A stretch of 64,000 nucleotides of DNA, from the NCBI GenBank assembly GCA_047495785.1, contig JBLDXI010000032.1, positions 2,294,001-2,358,000 on the forward strand. Direction: 5' to 3'. The stretch is from Lepidodermella squamata (Eukaryota > Animalia > Gastrotricha). The notes beneath the pieces were generated by a model. That model made no database searches and had not been told where the DNA came from. It was given only the letters and a program-made list of their open reading frames with translations. How positions within the stretch are numbered: the stretch's first letter is position 1; each line of letters opens with the position of its first letter. Position numbers and translations under genes: made by a program. Of this stretch, positions 33,809-45,643 are shown one piece after another.

Positions 33809-36800
33809 TCAATCATCTACCATTGCCACTTCTTCCTCGTCGTTTTGCCCGTTGCCGCCCATTGAAGCGTGCCCGCCGGCATGCGGCGACAAGTCAACGC
33901 CAACAGCGCGGCCGATTTGCACCAGTACAGTTGGCTCGATGTAAAGACTGAGGTTGACACTTGGCATCCGGGTTTTCAACTCTTCAATGCATGCATAGGC
34001 CTGAAAAAACAGTATTCAAAAAGAATCAACTCAATTGATCAAAAATATACCCTTTTAGCATTTCCTTGCCGAACGAAGAAGTCGACCATAAGACCGTAAA
34101 TGTCTCCCAATCTAACAGCAGAATCCAAATCGAAAGAAACGGTTTGTTGAAGTATAACAACGCATTCTTTAACTGCCTGTTCCGGCGCTTGTTCGTATTG
34201 CTGTTTGATGGCGCAAAACCGGCGAACGAGTTGCATGCGTTCGGACAGCTCGGTGAGGCGTTGTTCGATACCCTGCACCGGTTGCGGGCTTTCCGCGGCC
34301 TTCTGCAGCTGTTTCACAGCCTCGCCAAGCGCTGTATACGCCTTTTCGTAATTCTGATAGTCGTCGATTTCTACCTGGGCGCATGCGTCGTAGAAACCAG
34401 CCAGCAAATCTGGCCGCTGGCCTTTCGTGTAAAATGACATGATAGTTTTCATTATCTCGCCATTTTCGCGCCAATTGCAAGTTTGCAAGTAATTTGCCGC
34501 CTGTTAAAAAATATTCAAAATTTTAAAATTTTTCTAAAAAATCGCAACAAACCATGATGTAAGTCTCCCGTTGCCTGCAAACATTGGCGTAGAAGATGAT
34601 TTTCTCCGTATCACCCGACTTCAGCAATGCTTTCATCGCCTGAATCTTATTACCAGCTTGGGTATAGGCTTTCGTCGCCAAATGGTACTCGTTCTGGTGA
34701 ATGCAAAGCTCAGCAAGACCTTCGAGCACGCTCAATCGTTCCGGGGTGTCTTTGTCCGGGGTCAGTTTTTCCATAAGTGCCTCGGTCATAGGAACGTTGT
34801 ACTGATGGCATAGGCTCAGTGTTTCGCGCCATTGCTTGCTGGCCGCTAGCAAATCGACGGCTCGATCCCATTGCTTATTCTCGAGCATGAATTCGGCCGA
34901 ACGTTTCATGAGTTCCGGGTCTAAATTGCTAGATTTATCCATATCAGCAGTTACGTAGTGCAGCGCGGAAAATTGACGGCTTCGAAAAGCTAGCTCAGTC
35001 GCTTTAGTCACTCTACCAGCTCTGTGGTAAAGCAGAACAGCCTTGTCCGCGAAACCGTCCCGCCGTTCCAGGTAGGCAGCAGCGTCGAGGAGACACTCGG
35101 AATCGGTGGCTTGCAGCGCTGTTTGAACCAGCAAGTCATCGAAATCGTTTTCTTTACACACTCGGATAGCTGTTCCGAAAGCACCCGATTTCGTGAAGTA
35201 CGCCACGGCTTCCTTCAAATTCTGATTATTCGACTCGAGCCAGTAGGCGAAGTGGAAATTCGCGCATTTATCGTTCGATTCATCGCAGATTTGCTTCGCC
35301 TTGGTGACGTTTTTCGAGTTGCAGGCGAGGCGAACCAGCGATCGCTTATCATCCGCCTTTTCGTACCACAAAGTAGCACGGTCCAAATCTCCGAGGGTTT
35401 CTAAATATTGTGCGTACCACTTCTTCACTTGGCTGAAAATTCAGAAATATTCAGGGCATAAAATATCCGCCTTAATAAATTTCGACTAACCCTTTTTTGC
35501 TCTTAGTAGCGTAACTTTCCAATTCAACGGGATTTTCTAGCAACATTTTCGGCACATCATAATCTTCAGTTTTCGCCTTGGCGTACATCGTAGCCGCTTG
35601 TTTGACATCACCCTCCTGTTCGAGGTACTTCGCATAGTTGCGATAGGTCGTATTCACATGGACTTGGTCTTCAGTCTCCGCGATTTTGATCGCCTCAGTC
35701 CAGTTGCCCGATGCTTGGTACATTTTCGACAGCAAGTCGTGGCGATTCGCGGATTTAAGAAGGCGAACGGCGTCGTCTTGCATGCCGAGGTACATGGCCA
35801 GAATGGCGACTCTGGCATCGAGTTCATTAGGCGCGTATTTCGAGGCTAATCGAAGAGCTCGCGATGCCCTGGCGTTTCGCATATTACCTAGGCAAACGGA
35901 TGCGACATCGAGGCGGCGCGTTTTCACGCATAAACGAGCCATCGACGCCCAGACAGACTCACTGAAAAAATTATGATAAAACCATCGGCTTATTTTACTA
36001 ATATCGAACCTTTTAACAAGTTTAATAGCCTTGAAAGCTTCGTCGAGATTTCCTATGGCGAGGTTGTAAGAAAAATCAAGAACAGCAGTTCTAACGTTCT
36101 GGTCAATGTCGTCAAGGCCCTGGAAATTGCTAAGCGTGGTCTGAGCAACCATGGTACTGAAGGCTGTTGAAGTCATCTTAGGCGACTGCGACTCCTCGTC
36201 ATCCTTCTCGCCGTGAGTTCCGAACTTGGCGGCGGCTATTTTTTCCTGCTCAGCTTGCTCCTTGTCCTTGTTTACTTCCACCATCAGCGAGGTCGAGCCG
36301 CCCTCCACATCGAGCTTAAAAAATGCAACATAACATTACAACAACAGTTTAGATTACATGGCATAGCGAAAAAGAGACGCTTTTTCAAAGTGAGCAACGT
36401 AGACGGGTTTTTTGTGAAGCACAACGGAATATAAGCACGATGTCAATTCAGAGGCAAGTGCATACCAAGGGGTTGAGGGCATGTTCCTATGAAACGTGTT
36501 AATTAACAAATGATGTTAAAGGTTTGGAAATGATAATATCAATCGCAAGCAAATATCGATACGATTAAGCCGGTAGGGTTCACTTACGCGGCGAAGGTAG
36601 TAGACGTAAGGAACGTGAATTCCGAGTAATTGCGAAAACATCGAATCCATGTTAGACACGTCTTGAATGCAAAGGCTATGGTCTGGCGTGGCAAATAGTG
36701 TAACGATTTTGTTTCCACTCTGAAATCATAGACAAAAATTAAATCATTCTAAACTAGATATCCGTTCAATCATGCCTCTTTAAGCTGCATTGAAGTCAGA

Positions 36801-39315
36801 GACGGAAGTCTGGGTCCATCTGGCTGGCGATCGACCATAGGGTGAAGTTCGCAGATGATTAATCTAGGATCCCCGCTGCTGTCCCAGTAATGATGAGCGG
36901 GATACCGGCCTGATGTCTCCTGAGCTAATTGACGCGCAAGTCTGCATTGGTAAGAAAAAACATGAAATCGAGTTTGATATTGAAAAATTATGGCATTACT
37001 TTTCCAAGTCGGTCAATCCTAGATTCTGAGCTTGCTTCGGCTCGGGAGGTTTCTGGGGCTGTGCTTTGCCTCGGGGACCATTCTGTGGCTTCGGAGGTTC
37101 GGGTTTCGCCTCAGTACTCGCAGTGTCATTACACCCGGCGCCAAAATCGAACCACCTGATTTGATCAGTCTCGATATTCCACACGTAGAGATGAGAATCC
37201 ATCGAACCGTCAACGCGGCGGGTTGTGAAACTCACGCCATTACCCCGGCAGTTAATTCGAACAGACGCAAAGCCAGCGAATGATTTGACTTGCTGTGCAA
37301 CATTTTTAGGGCTACCCTGAATTTGCTTCGCATCCAAACTTCGCGATAAATTGAAAACTTTGATGACGCCGACTGAACTCGCGATGACCAAATAATCGCC
37401 GTTAATATCCATCGCAACTGGCTCTCCCTCGTGTTCGCTGAAATTCAACAGCTGTTTAACAGTTCCTTTGTGGGTTCTAGATTGGACGCGGGTATCTTCC
37501 ACGGTAAAAGCCGTTTGATCGTGAATGCAAAGAGCGGTTGAATTTGTCATGAAACTACCGACGGCTCGAGGGCTATTCGGGTCGTGCGAGTAAGAGTAGA
37601 CTACAACCTGTTTACCATTCCAAATGGCTAGAAACTCCTTTGCGATGCAAATTCCTTTGATTTGAATGTCTGTTTTCAATTCGTATTGACTAATTTGCCC
37701 AGCCTGTGTCCCGATTTCTTCACTGTCTGAAGAGTCGAAACAAGTTATCGAGATCAAACTCGGGCCCATTTGAACTGCGGCTCGACGTTGGTAGCAATGG
37801 CTGCACATTGTTTGCTCTGATAAGAGCCTGGCCTCTCCAACCAGGTTGGCAGCCAGCAAATCTCTTTTTCCGCTCCACTAAATAAAAAAAACATAGAATT
37901 TGGCACAATTTCAGGGTAACAGCTATACCGATAGCTGAGTAACAGGTCCGTTAAGAACGACAGCTCTTTGAAGTTTCCAACATAATTCCGGGCTTCGACT
38001 TGAAAAAGCTAGAGGGTCGTAGCGCCAAAGAGCAACTTGACCAGCTTCGGTTCCAGCCGCCAGAATTCCTTTCGTCGTGCAGTAAGCACAACACATAACT
38101 TTATCCGATCGATCATATCCAGCGGCAGGGTCCAAAGTTAGCAGATAATTTTCATCCAGCTCCAGATCCATCAAACTTGAAAAGGAACCCCGATCATCTT
38201 ACCAACAAATATTAATTCAATATTTACCGAATGTAATTTTCTCGCGTAATTATGACAATGATATTGCGCGTTGCCCAAGATAAATCAGATTCATCTGCTC
38301 GGCCACTGAGTTTTACCTATAGGAGCTCATTTACACAATAACTGATCTTTTCACAGCAAAACATACATTTGAAAGCTCTTCTACAGCTCCATTAGGATTA
38401 ATTGTATGTTGAATAAGGAATAGCTTGTCGGTTAAGGTTATGAGTAACCGTCGATCGGGGTGATACAACAGTTTTTTAACATCACCTTGAACAGTGATGA
38501 TTTGCTGCAGTTTGCATGATTCGTTCAAGAGGAATACAGCCCCGTTTTGGCAGCCGATGAAGAAGGACAAGGACTCTTGAGGGGCTGTTGTTATGTTATT
38601 GCCTTTTGCAGGGCCACCGTTCGTATTTCCAGCGCCAGGTTTCTTCCACTGGAACATGTCAAGCGCTTTTTCATCCCCAGTAACTGCAGCTCTGGCCAAA
38701 GCAGCCATTTCGGTATTTTGAGTCTGTGGCAGCTTCAGTAGAACTGCTTGAAGTGCTGGTTGTCGCGTTGACGCGTTACATAACGCCAGCTGATGAATTA
38801 CACCTTTCGCATCAACTTTCCAAACACATACCGCACCACTCTGCCAGATTAAAAAGATAATCAAACTTATTTTACTTCGCGTAAGAAAATGTTACATACC
38901 CTATCAATAGATAGCAATCTGGAACCTCCAGATGACCAGCACACCGCGGTAATTTCAGATTTGTGCGGTGAATTTCCAACCTCCGATAGAACTTCTTGAG
39001 GATTCCATACGCATATTTCACCTTTTTCCCATCCTACAGCCAAGAACTTTCGCAGAGGATGCCAATGTAAAGCTGTCACTGTGACAGTCTTTTGCAGAAA
39101 AGCTTTCTCAACTTCTCCCTGAAAGAAAACTGATTGTTACATCTGATAACGAAGAAATAATTTGTTACCTCTTCGTTGAAAATATTTACAAATCCACCGC
39201 TCCTCTCGCTGAAAAAAGCTACAGCCAAAACAGGTGCCACACTGTGCCATTGAATGTCCGTGACCTGCGAGACGGCATGTTCGAGATGCAATTTTGTATC
39301 AAAATAAAGTGCCAT
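33809..39315 (-). CDS. IFT140: Intraflagellar transport protein 140 (WD40 plus TPR), multi-exon
   Basis: MALYFDTK start; LDFSYNLAIGNLDEAFKAIK; VWASMARLCVKTRRLDVASVCLGNM; YHLATKAYTQAGNKIQAMKALLKSGDTEKI; CAQVEIDDYQNYEKA. Confidence 0.97.
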
Positions 39316-39501
39316 CTAATAAAAAAAGGCAAAATACGAAATCGATGTATTGTTGTTTCACGCTGAGATCAGTAAAGAGCAGTCTAACCTCGAATGAATA
39401 AACGGTAACAGCTATAGTCACATTATATTTGGAATATAATATTACTTATGTAACAATGCGTAAGAGAACAACGAAGAATCAGATTGTTTGTCTTTCATAG
39501 T

Positions 39502-40671
39502 TCAGCCTGAAATCTGAGAAGCAGCAAACCGAACTAATTCCTCGATCACAATTTTAGAAGTAAAAACACTGTATGCAGGTAACTTTTTGAACGTATCTTT
39601 GCATCTATTGATCACATCTTGAATTGCCTGAACAATATCTTGACTTTCATCCGAAGAATTTGGAATAGCAACAATGAGACCCAACAGGCTGCCTCCATCA
39701 AAAGAATTAGGATCCAAACCTCCCATATCGCCGGAAAATACACGACTAATGTCATCCGCGGTCATTTTGTGATGCAGAGTTTGCTTCAGCTTGATGCTTT
39801 TTGAGCTGCATAAGGCTGAGGCTACCGCGGAACCAAATGATACCTGGGTTATTCCGGGAACAATTATCAAGACAGCTTCTCTTGCTGAATCCAAAGTACT
39901 CCCATGAGTGACGGGAACGACGCTATCCTCAGGAGAGAAATTCACATTAAGCTGCTCGATGCCTTCAATGCCATCTAGTGAGAAAATGCTATTAAGCTTT
40001 GGATACGGTGGTGGGATGTGTGAATAATTTTTTCGCCCACTTTCAGGCGTAAAGTCATGAATAGACGTCCAGTTATTGTTAAATACGGCCAAGCCAGCAC
40101 TTCCAAAGTGCTGTTTCAAGCCATCATAATTAAACTGAAAGCAATGAAATCGAAACTCGGAACTGGCTTCTATAATCGGCACAGTTTGGCAATAAATATA
40201 AAAATTGCAGTTGCCACAGTCCCGAGTTCTAAATTGAGAAGTCGCAACAATGAATGAGCAATTGTTGCAGTTGCGGAAAAATACATTGCCACGAACCGCC
40301 GACAGAATAAATTTGCAATCCGAACAGTCGTCCACTATAATCTGGCTTGAACTGTCAAATACGTAGATCCGACTGTTTTTGCAGTCTTGAATTTCCAAGT
40401 CATTGCCGGCAACGGAACCAGGAAGCCGAACACATGTTTCGTTTTGGAGGCTTTTGATCGTCCAAGCACTACGGTCAACGTCACCAGCCGCACGGCGCTT
40501 ATCCCAAGAGTATTGCTTGCCTTGGTTTTTATTAGATGCAGTCTGGACAGCATTGAGATTGCCCGATGGAGACGAGGAAACATTGGAAATATTAGTGAAC
40601 TCCGGCACATATAACGCATCTGTGCGCTTAAATCCAAAGAAAACAAGCATCCTTTGCAGCATGTTTCCCAT
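39502..40671 (-). CDS. RP2: Protein XRP2 (ARL3 GAP; TBCC domain plus NDK-like domain), single exon
   Basis: MGN start (myristoylation-like); KQYSWDKR; RLPGSVAG, QFRTRDC, PIIEAS, NNNWTSIHDFTP. Confidence 0.92.
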   Translation of the reverse strand: MGNMLQRMLVFFGFKRTDALYVPEFTNISNVSSSPSGNLNAVQTASNKNQGKQYSWDKRRAAGDVDRSAWTIKSLQNETCVRLPGSVAGNDLEIQDCKNSRIYVFDSSSQIIVDDCSDCKFILSAVRGNVFFRNCNNCSFIVATSQFRTRDCGNCNFYIYCQTVPIIEASSEFRFHCFQFNYDGLKQHFGSAGLAVFNNNWTSIHDFTPESGRKNYSHIPPPYPKLNSIFSLDGIEGIEQLNVNFSPEDSVVPVTHGSTLDSAREAVLIIVPGITQVSFGSAVASALCSSKSIKLKQTLHHKMTADDISRVFSGDMGGLDPNSFDGGSLLGLIVAIPNSSDESQDIVQAIQDVINRCKDTFKKLPAYSVFTSKIVIEELVRFAASQISG

Positions 40672-41303
40672 TTTATAATGATGCACGAAATTCAATCTAT
40701 GAACGACAGAGGTTATAATTTACGAATTAAGCAGTTGAAATATATAAATTTGATTCCGTTAACTTTAAATCTATGGAAAATTCAAGGAAGGAAAAGCGTG
40801 ATGAGTTGGATGAGAAGCTTGCTCGTAGTACTCAAATTGATGATCCGTTCATAGAAAAGCTATACCTGTTTATGCTAATAATTTAGAGCTGAGTAATTAA
40901 TATAGTAAAGTTATTAGAGGAGGGAAAAAGCAAAAGCTCAAGCATGTAAGCTCGATTAACTTCGAAGAACGAAGGTGACTCCGCTGTCGAGATGCGAGAT
41001 GCATGCAAAAGGAAACTAACGACGCTGATATATTTATAAATATACTTTTCATATATATTATCATATATAGTTGTAATGAGCAGTATTATTTAATAATAAA
41101 TATTAAAGGTGGAAACCAAATAGGATACAAAATCGTGGCATCGATTTTTTTGCCGCGACATTTGAATTCGAATTCCGACTTCACTTGAAAAGGTGCCGAT
41201 TTGGGTCTCACACCGGTGGCTGTTAGCTGTAATCGAAACCCAGAACCCAGCTGCATGCGAGAAATTGACCGGCTGTTAACTGGTAGCTAACTGACGGTCA
41301 GCG

Positions 41304-42100
41304 TTGATGATGATTGATGATGATTACGGCTTTCCACCCAGTTCAGGGTTTCGCCGCTTCCTCACCAGAGGCACAGATTCTTTCGGTCAGTTCTCGCCAC
41401 CAGGTTCTGTTGCTGGCCAGCTCCCTCAGATGTACGAGGTCTTTGTGGCAGTTCAGACTGGGGACCCAGGGCTGTCTCTTGATGTAGTCATGATCGTTTT
41501 GGATGGCAATATTTAAGGCAAAGGTTTCGTGGAGATCTTTCGCGAGGAGTTTCGGCAATGTGATCAGGCCTCTCCCAAGAAAGGGCTGACCGAGTTTTTC
41601 GAAGTATTGGTCCATGGCGACCTGAGCGGGGGTGAACGCCGGTAGCCGTAGGATATGGCCGAATAGTCTCCACCTTCGCCTCTTTACAGTCAAGGACAGT
41701 GGTTCTTCGCTCGTTTCATGGTATAGGTCTTCGTTGGAGATGGTGTCCGGGTAGATAATGCCCAAAATCTTGCGGAGCTGATCCCTGTGATGGGCATCGA
41801 GCTTCTGCTCCATCGTAGATGTAAGCCCCCATGTTTCGCTGTTGTACAAGAGCACCGGTTTGGTTTTGGCTCTGTATATGCGGATTTTCTTGTCGACTGA
41901 TACGATGTTCGATCGCCAGATTGCATCTAGCTTGCCGAACGCTGCCCAGGAGAGGCTGATACGATGCGCCATGTCTTCGGAGTCACCTAGAAGGCTACCC
42001 AGTTTCTTGACTTTGCGCCAGCTTTCGGCCGATTCATCTGTGCTCCTGAAGACGTGCGTTTTCTCCGTCTTCGCCACGTTCACTTGAAGGTTCCAGCGTT
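41304..42100 (-). mobile_element. 5'-truncated RTE-like non-LTR retrotransposon
   Basis: NVAKTE...LGSLL...KIRIYRA...LLYNSETW...RRWRLFGHILR...LASNRTWWR; 3' (ATC)n-type tail at 41304-41326. Confidence 0.85.
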
Positions 42101-42211
42101 CAATCGCAGTTATTGAACGGTGAAACGATAAAGTTTGAGGTTTGAGTTCTTGTTCCTATGAATTTCTGTCAACTTCTCGTTCCGTTGTTATGTGAGGCCC
42201 TTAGCCGTTTC

Positions 42212-42871
42212 AGATTCCAGACGCTATGAAATGCTTCCCAAGCAATTGCTTCCAAAGCAACTGCTTCCCAAGCAGCACGCTTACAGAGCACTGCTTCTCA
42301 AGCATTGCTTCCCAAGCAACTGATTCCCAAGCAATTGATTGGGAAGCACTACTTTTCAAGCAAGCTGAATTTTTAGGAAATTCACTATTTAGCCCTGTTA
42401 CCACGGGTTGTAGGCCACACGGAGCAAGGATCCGTTGCATGATCAATCAACCGATCGATCAAGGAATTAAACGGTAACATAACAAGCTAATGAAAAATAT
42501 GTTTTATTTCACATCTGAATGGAGGGCAGCTAGGACCCAGGGCGAAAGATGAGTTTGATCGAGAAGCATCAGCTCGGAATTTAACAATCCAATTTTCGGC
42601 TTTACTTGCGATTTCCTATTACTTATTACTTTTGTGGCTCATCGGTGAAAAATCGCGAAACTCTGCTTGGGAAGCATTTGCTTGGGAAGCATTTGCTTGG
42701 GAAGCATTTGCTTGGGAAGCATTTGCTTTGGAAGCAACTGCTTCTGAAGCAGTGATTGTTACGCCATGTTTATTTACCTGCTTGGGAAGCACTTTGCTTC
42801 TAGAGCAGTGACTGGGAAGCAGTTGCTTTGGAAGCAATTGCTTGGGAAGCATTTCATAGCGTCTGGAATCT
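42212..42871. mobile_element. Non-autonomous foldback-like DNA element: ~60-bp TIRs built from 15-bp gcttcccaagca(n)3 repeats
   Basis: agattccagacgctatgaaatgcttcccaagcaattgcttccaaagc at the left and its exact reverse complement at the right; tandem tgcttgggaagcatt array at 42664-42740; no clear TSD. Confidence 0.85.
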
Positions 42872-44355
42872 TTAACGGCCGACAAAGCCCACCGCACGGG
42901 AATCAGGGCACTCGGGGTGAAGCCGGATGCTTTTCCCGTCGAGCCTTTGGTTCTCCACTGCGGCGATTGGACTTTTGGCTTATCAATTCATCAACCCATC
43001 CATCATAATACATTTGTTATTTATCTTGCTAATCTGATCTTATTTAGGTACTTAATTGTGTTGTAGAAAACCAGTTCCAAGCTCTTTCAATCTTGGATTC
43101 ATGACCGAATTACTGCTCTGCTGGGAGGATTGTCTGAAAACCATGTCGTTGTGAATTAACTAGCTCCCTTTTTGATTTCGGTCTACACCGTAACCCAGAT
43201 CATAAGCTGCAGCTGTTTTAGGTACGTCTCTTTATCCAATTTTGTTGCTGTTGCATTTGATTTCCTACATAATCTCAAACAGAGAGACGTAGATTTATCA
43301 TTGTTTGTTTGAAGCAGACGGTTGCTTTTTACAAACGATTTTTTGGTTGTTACCCCGGCGAAAAATGCATTTTAGGTTGGCTACATTGGTGTAAATTATA
43401 TGTAATTTGGACTAGTGATACGAGCAAAGCGATGAAATTCGTAGGATTTAAGCTGCGTCACTTCGTTCATATATACCCGACACGGGTATCAAATTTTCAC
43501 AGGCATCATTTCAATCATTGTAATATTACCAGCTAATAATCCATTATTTATTGCCGTAGATTTACATGCGCAGAATCGAACTAATGCTGCAGGAAGCTTT
43601 GATCTGCGAGCGTGGTTCTTCTAATTCGGCTTCTGGTTGTAGCAGATCACCTCGTTCTTCTTCTACGGAGGCAGTGGCTGGCAGTTTCACGAGTGGAGCC
43701 GATAATTCTTCGACAACTGATAACTCCTAATTACATTTCTCTGTTTTTCAAATCTAACCATTTTGTGTTCTCTGATCTCTTTTCGGGAATGACAATAAAT
43801 AAAGATTCGTCAAGTTGTTTATTGTCGCTGTTGGGAATTTTGTTGAAATAAGCTATTGTACTAGGTAAGGAGTAATAATCAGAAAATTAGAGAGCGTAGT
43901 GTTCACTACATACCAATACATATGCTCCAAAATAGGTAACTAGATTTTTTCGGGAATTTTATTTGGGAATTAATAGGAATTATAATAATCAGGAATACTT
44001 TAACATCTCGGTAATCTCAGTAACCCTAAGATGGGAAATCAAGCTTGGCAACACATGACTCATCGTTTTAGACGTGATGTGTTATTTCTGATAGCAGCCT
44101 AAGCACTTGCACCTTTACAATGAAAGTCATCGTGTGATTTTTTGAGCGTTTCAGAAAAAAAATTACGTGTATTTTGATCGGGGAAAAAATTGAACGCTCA
44201 AATGATCACACTTATGATCATGAGTGATCATATTTAAGTAAGCCGGAGTCGTCTAAATCGGAATTTCTGTAATCCGGACGGTTCGGGTATTTGTTACTAA
44301 TGCGAAATACCTAGATACGTATATAGATCTGCTTGCGTATTTATTGACGAAGTCT

Positions 44356-45177
44356 TTAGAAGAAAATAAATTTTTTGTGATTATCATCGCGCTCGAAAAA
44401 CATGAAATCAATCAAAAATAGCATGCCAATAATGTTCGCCTTCATCATAACATCGAGACCTGGCTCGAATGCTACACCAAAGTTATCGGCATCCGTAAAT
44501 ATTTCCTGAGCCAGATTTGTCCAGATTTTTGATATTTCAGCCACTTTTTGCCCAGTTTGATAGGAATATATGTTGAATATTGCTGGCACACAACAGCCAC
44601 AGGCATTTTGCCACTCAGCTGATAGCAACGGCGTAGAGCGATCGGCATTGAATATAGTAAACCTCGGCGTTGTGCAATATTGTTCAGATTTTATAAAACC
44701 GATCGGATTGCCCACAGGCGCTTCAGATATAACCTCAAAATTACAGCCGTCACAACAGCCCCAACAACCACCATAAGCGCAGCATTTGAATGGTCGCCTG
44801 AATCGCATCACTTCATTTCCAGCGTTATCAGTGATATGCATCAGCCAACCTCGTTCGTTACCGCAGAACCACCTCTACAGGAATATAGGTAGTAGGTAGC
44901 GATGACGAGCAGTTTAAAGCGCTTGTCTTACTTGAGCTCCATTGGATTCTTCGAATGCATAAAAGCATTGCTGGCCATTAGCGTTGAGAATCCGGTATTT
45001 GTTGCAGGTTTCGAACCCAGTTATCGCCTCGAGAAGCTCTACTTGCTGCTGAACGAGAACCATGTCTAGGGAGCTTAGGTACTCAAGGCCAGGCGGACAG
45101 CCAGATCCACCGTTTGGCTTTGGCATCCAGCCCGCACCCCCGGGCTGTTGCGTTACAGGATGAACCCGTTGTGACAT
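44356..45177 (-). CDS. Phospholipid scramblase (PLSCR family), 2 exons
   Basis: CPPGLEYL, VELLEAITGFETCNKY, Cys-rich RPFKCC...CC, DADNFGVAF...IDFMFFE. Confidence 0.93.
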
Positions 45178-45643
45178 CTCGCCTGACTTCTAATGGCGGC
45201 AACGTGGTTAAAAAGAGAAATTTTCTGTCTCAATGGAGAGTTCAGACTTTCGACGTTTTACGCGTTAGTCTCGACTGGCTGAAATGCAAGTTTCAAGTAG
45301 GAATATAAGTACACAAATAAGGCTTCAGGTGTGATTTCTCCATCGTCATATGCTGCCATAGTCGCATAGGAATGGTCTATTCATCGCTGGGCACCGCGGA
45401 CACCTATTCATGTTTACATACCGTTCTTTCAATAAAAACCAGGTAGGTACATCGTGAAAACTCTTGGATCAATTATTAATAAAATTTTATTTTGATAAAA
45501 TATCAAATAATCATGGCACGCAACATTTAGAGTAGTTTCAAGAAAAATATATGTACGTTACTTGGAAATGAGTATCTAAACAGAAATATCACCGACTTTT
45601 AAAGGTGCTACGAGAAGGGGAAGAAACGAATAATTGAGTATGA

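Noticed and set aside
42226-42860. 15-bp repeats as a CRISPR-like array or a repeat protein (ASQAN ORFs)
   Set aside because: No unique spacers, eukaryotic context, and the repeats form the arms of an inverted-repeat element
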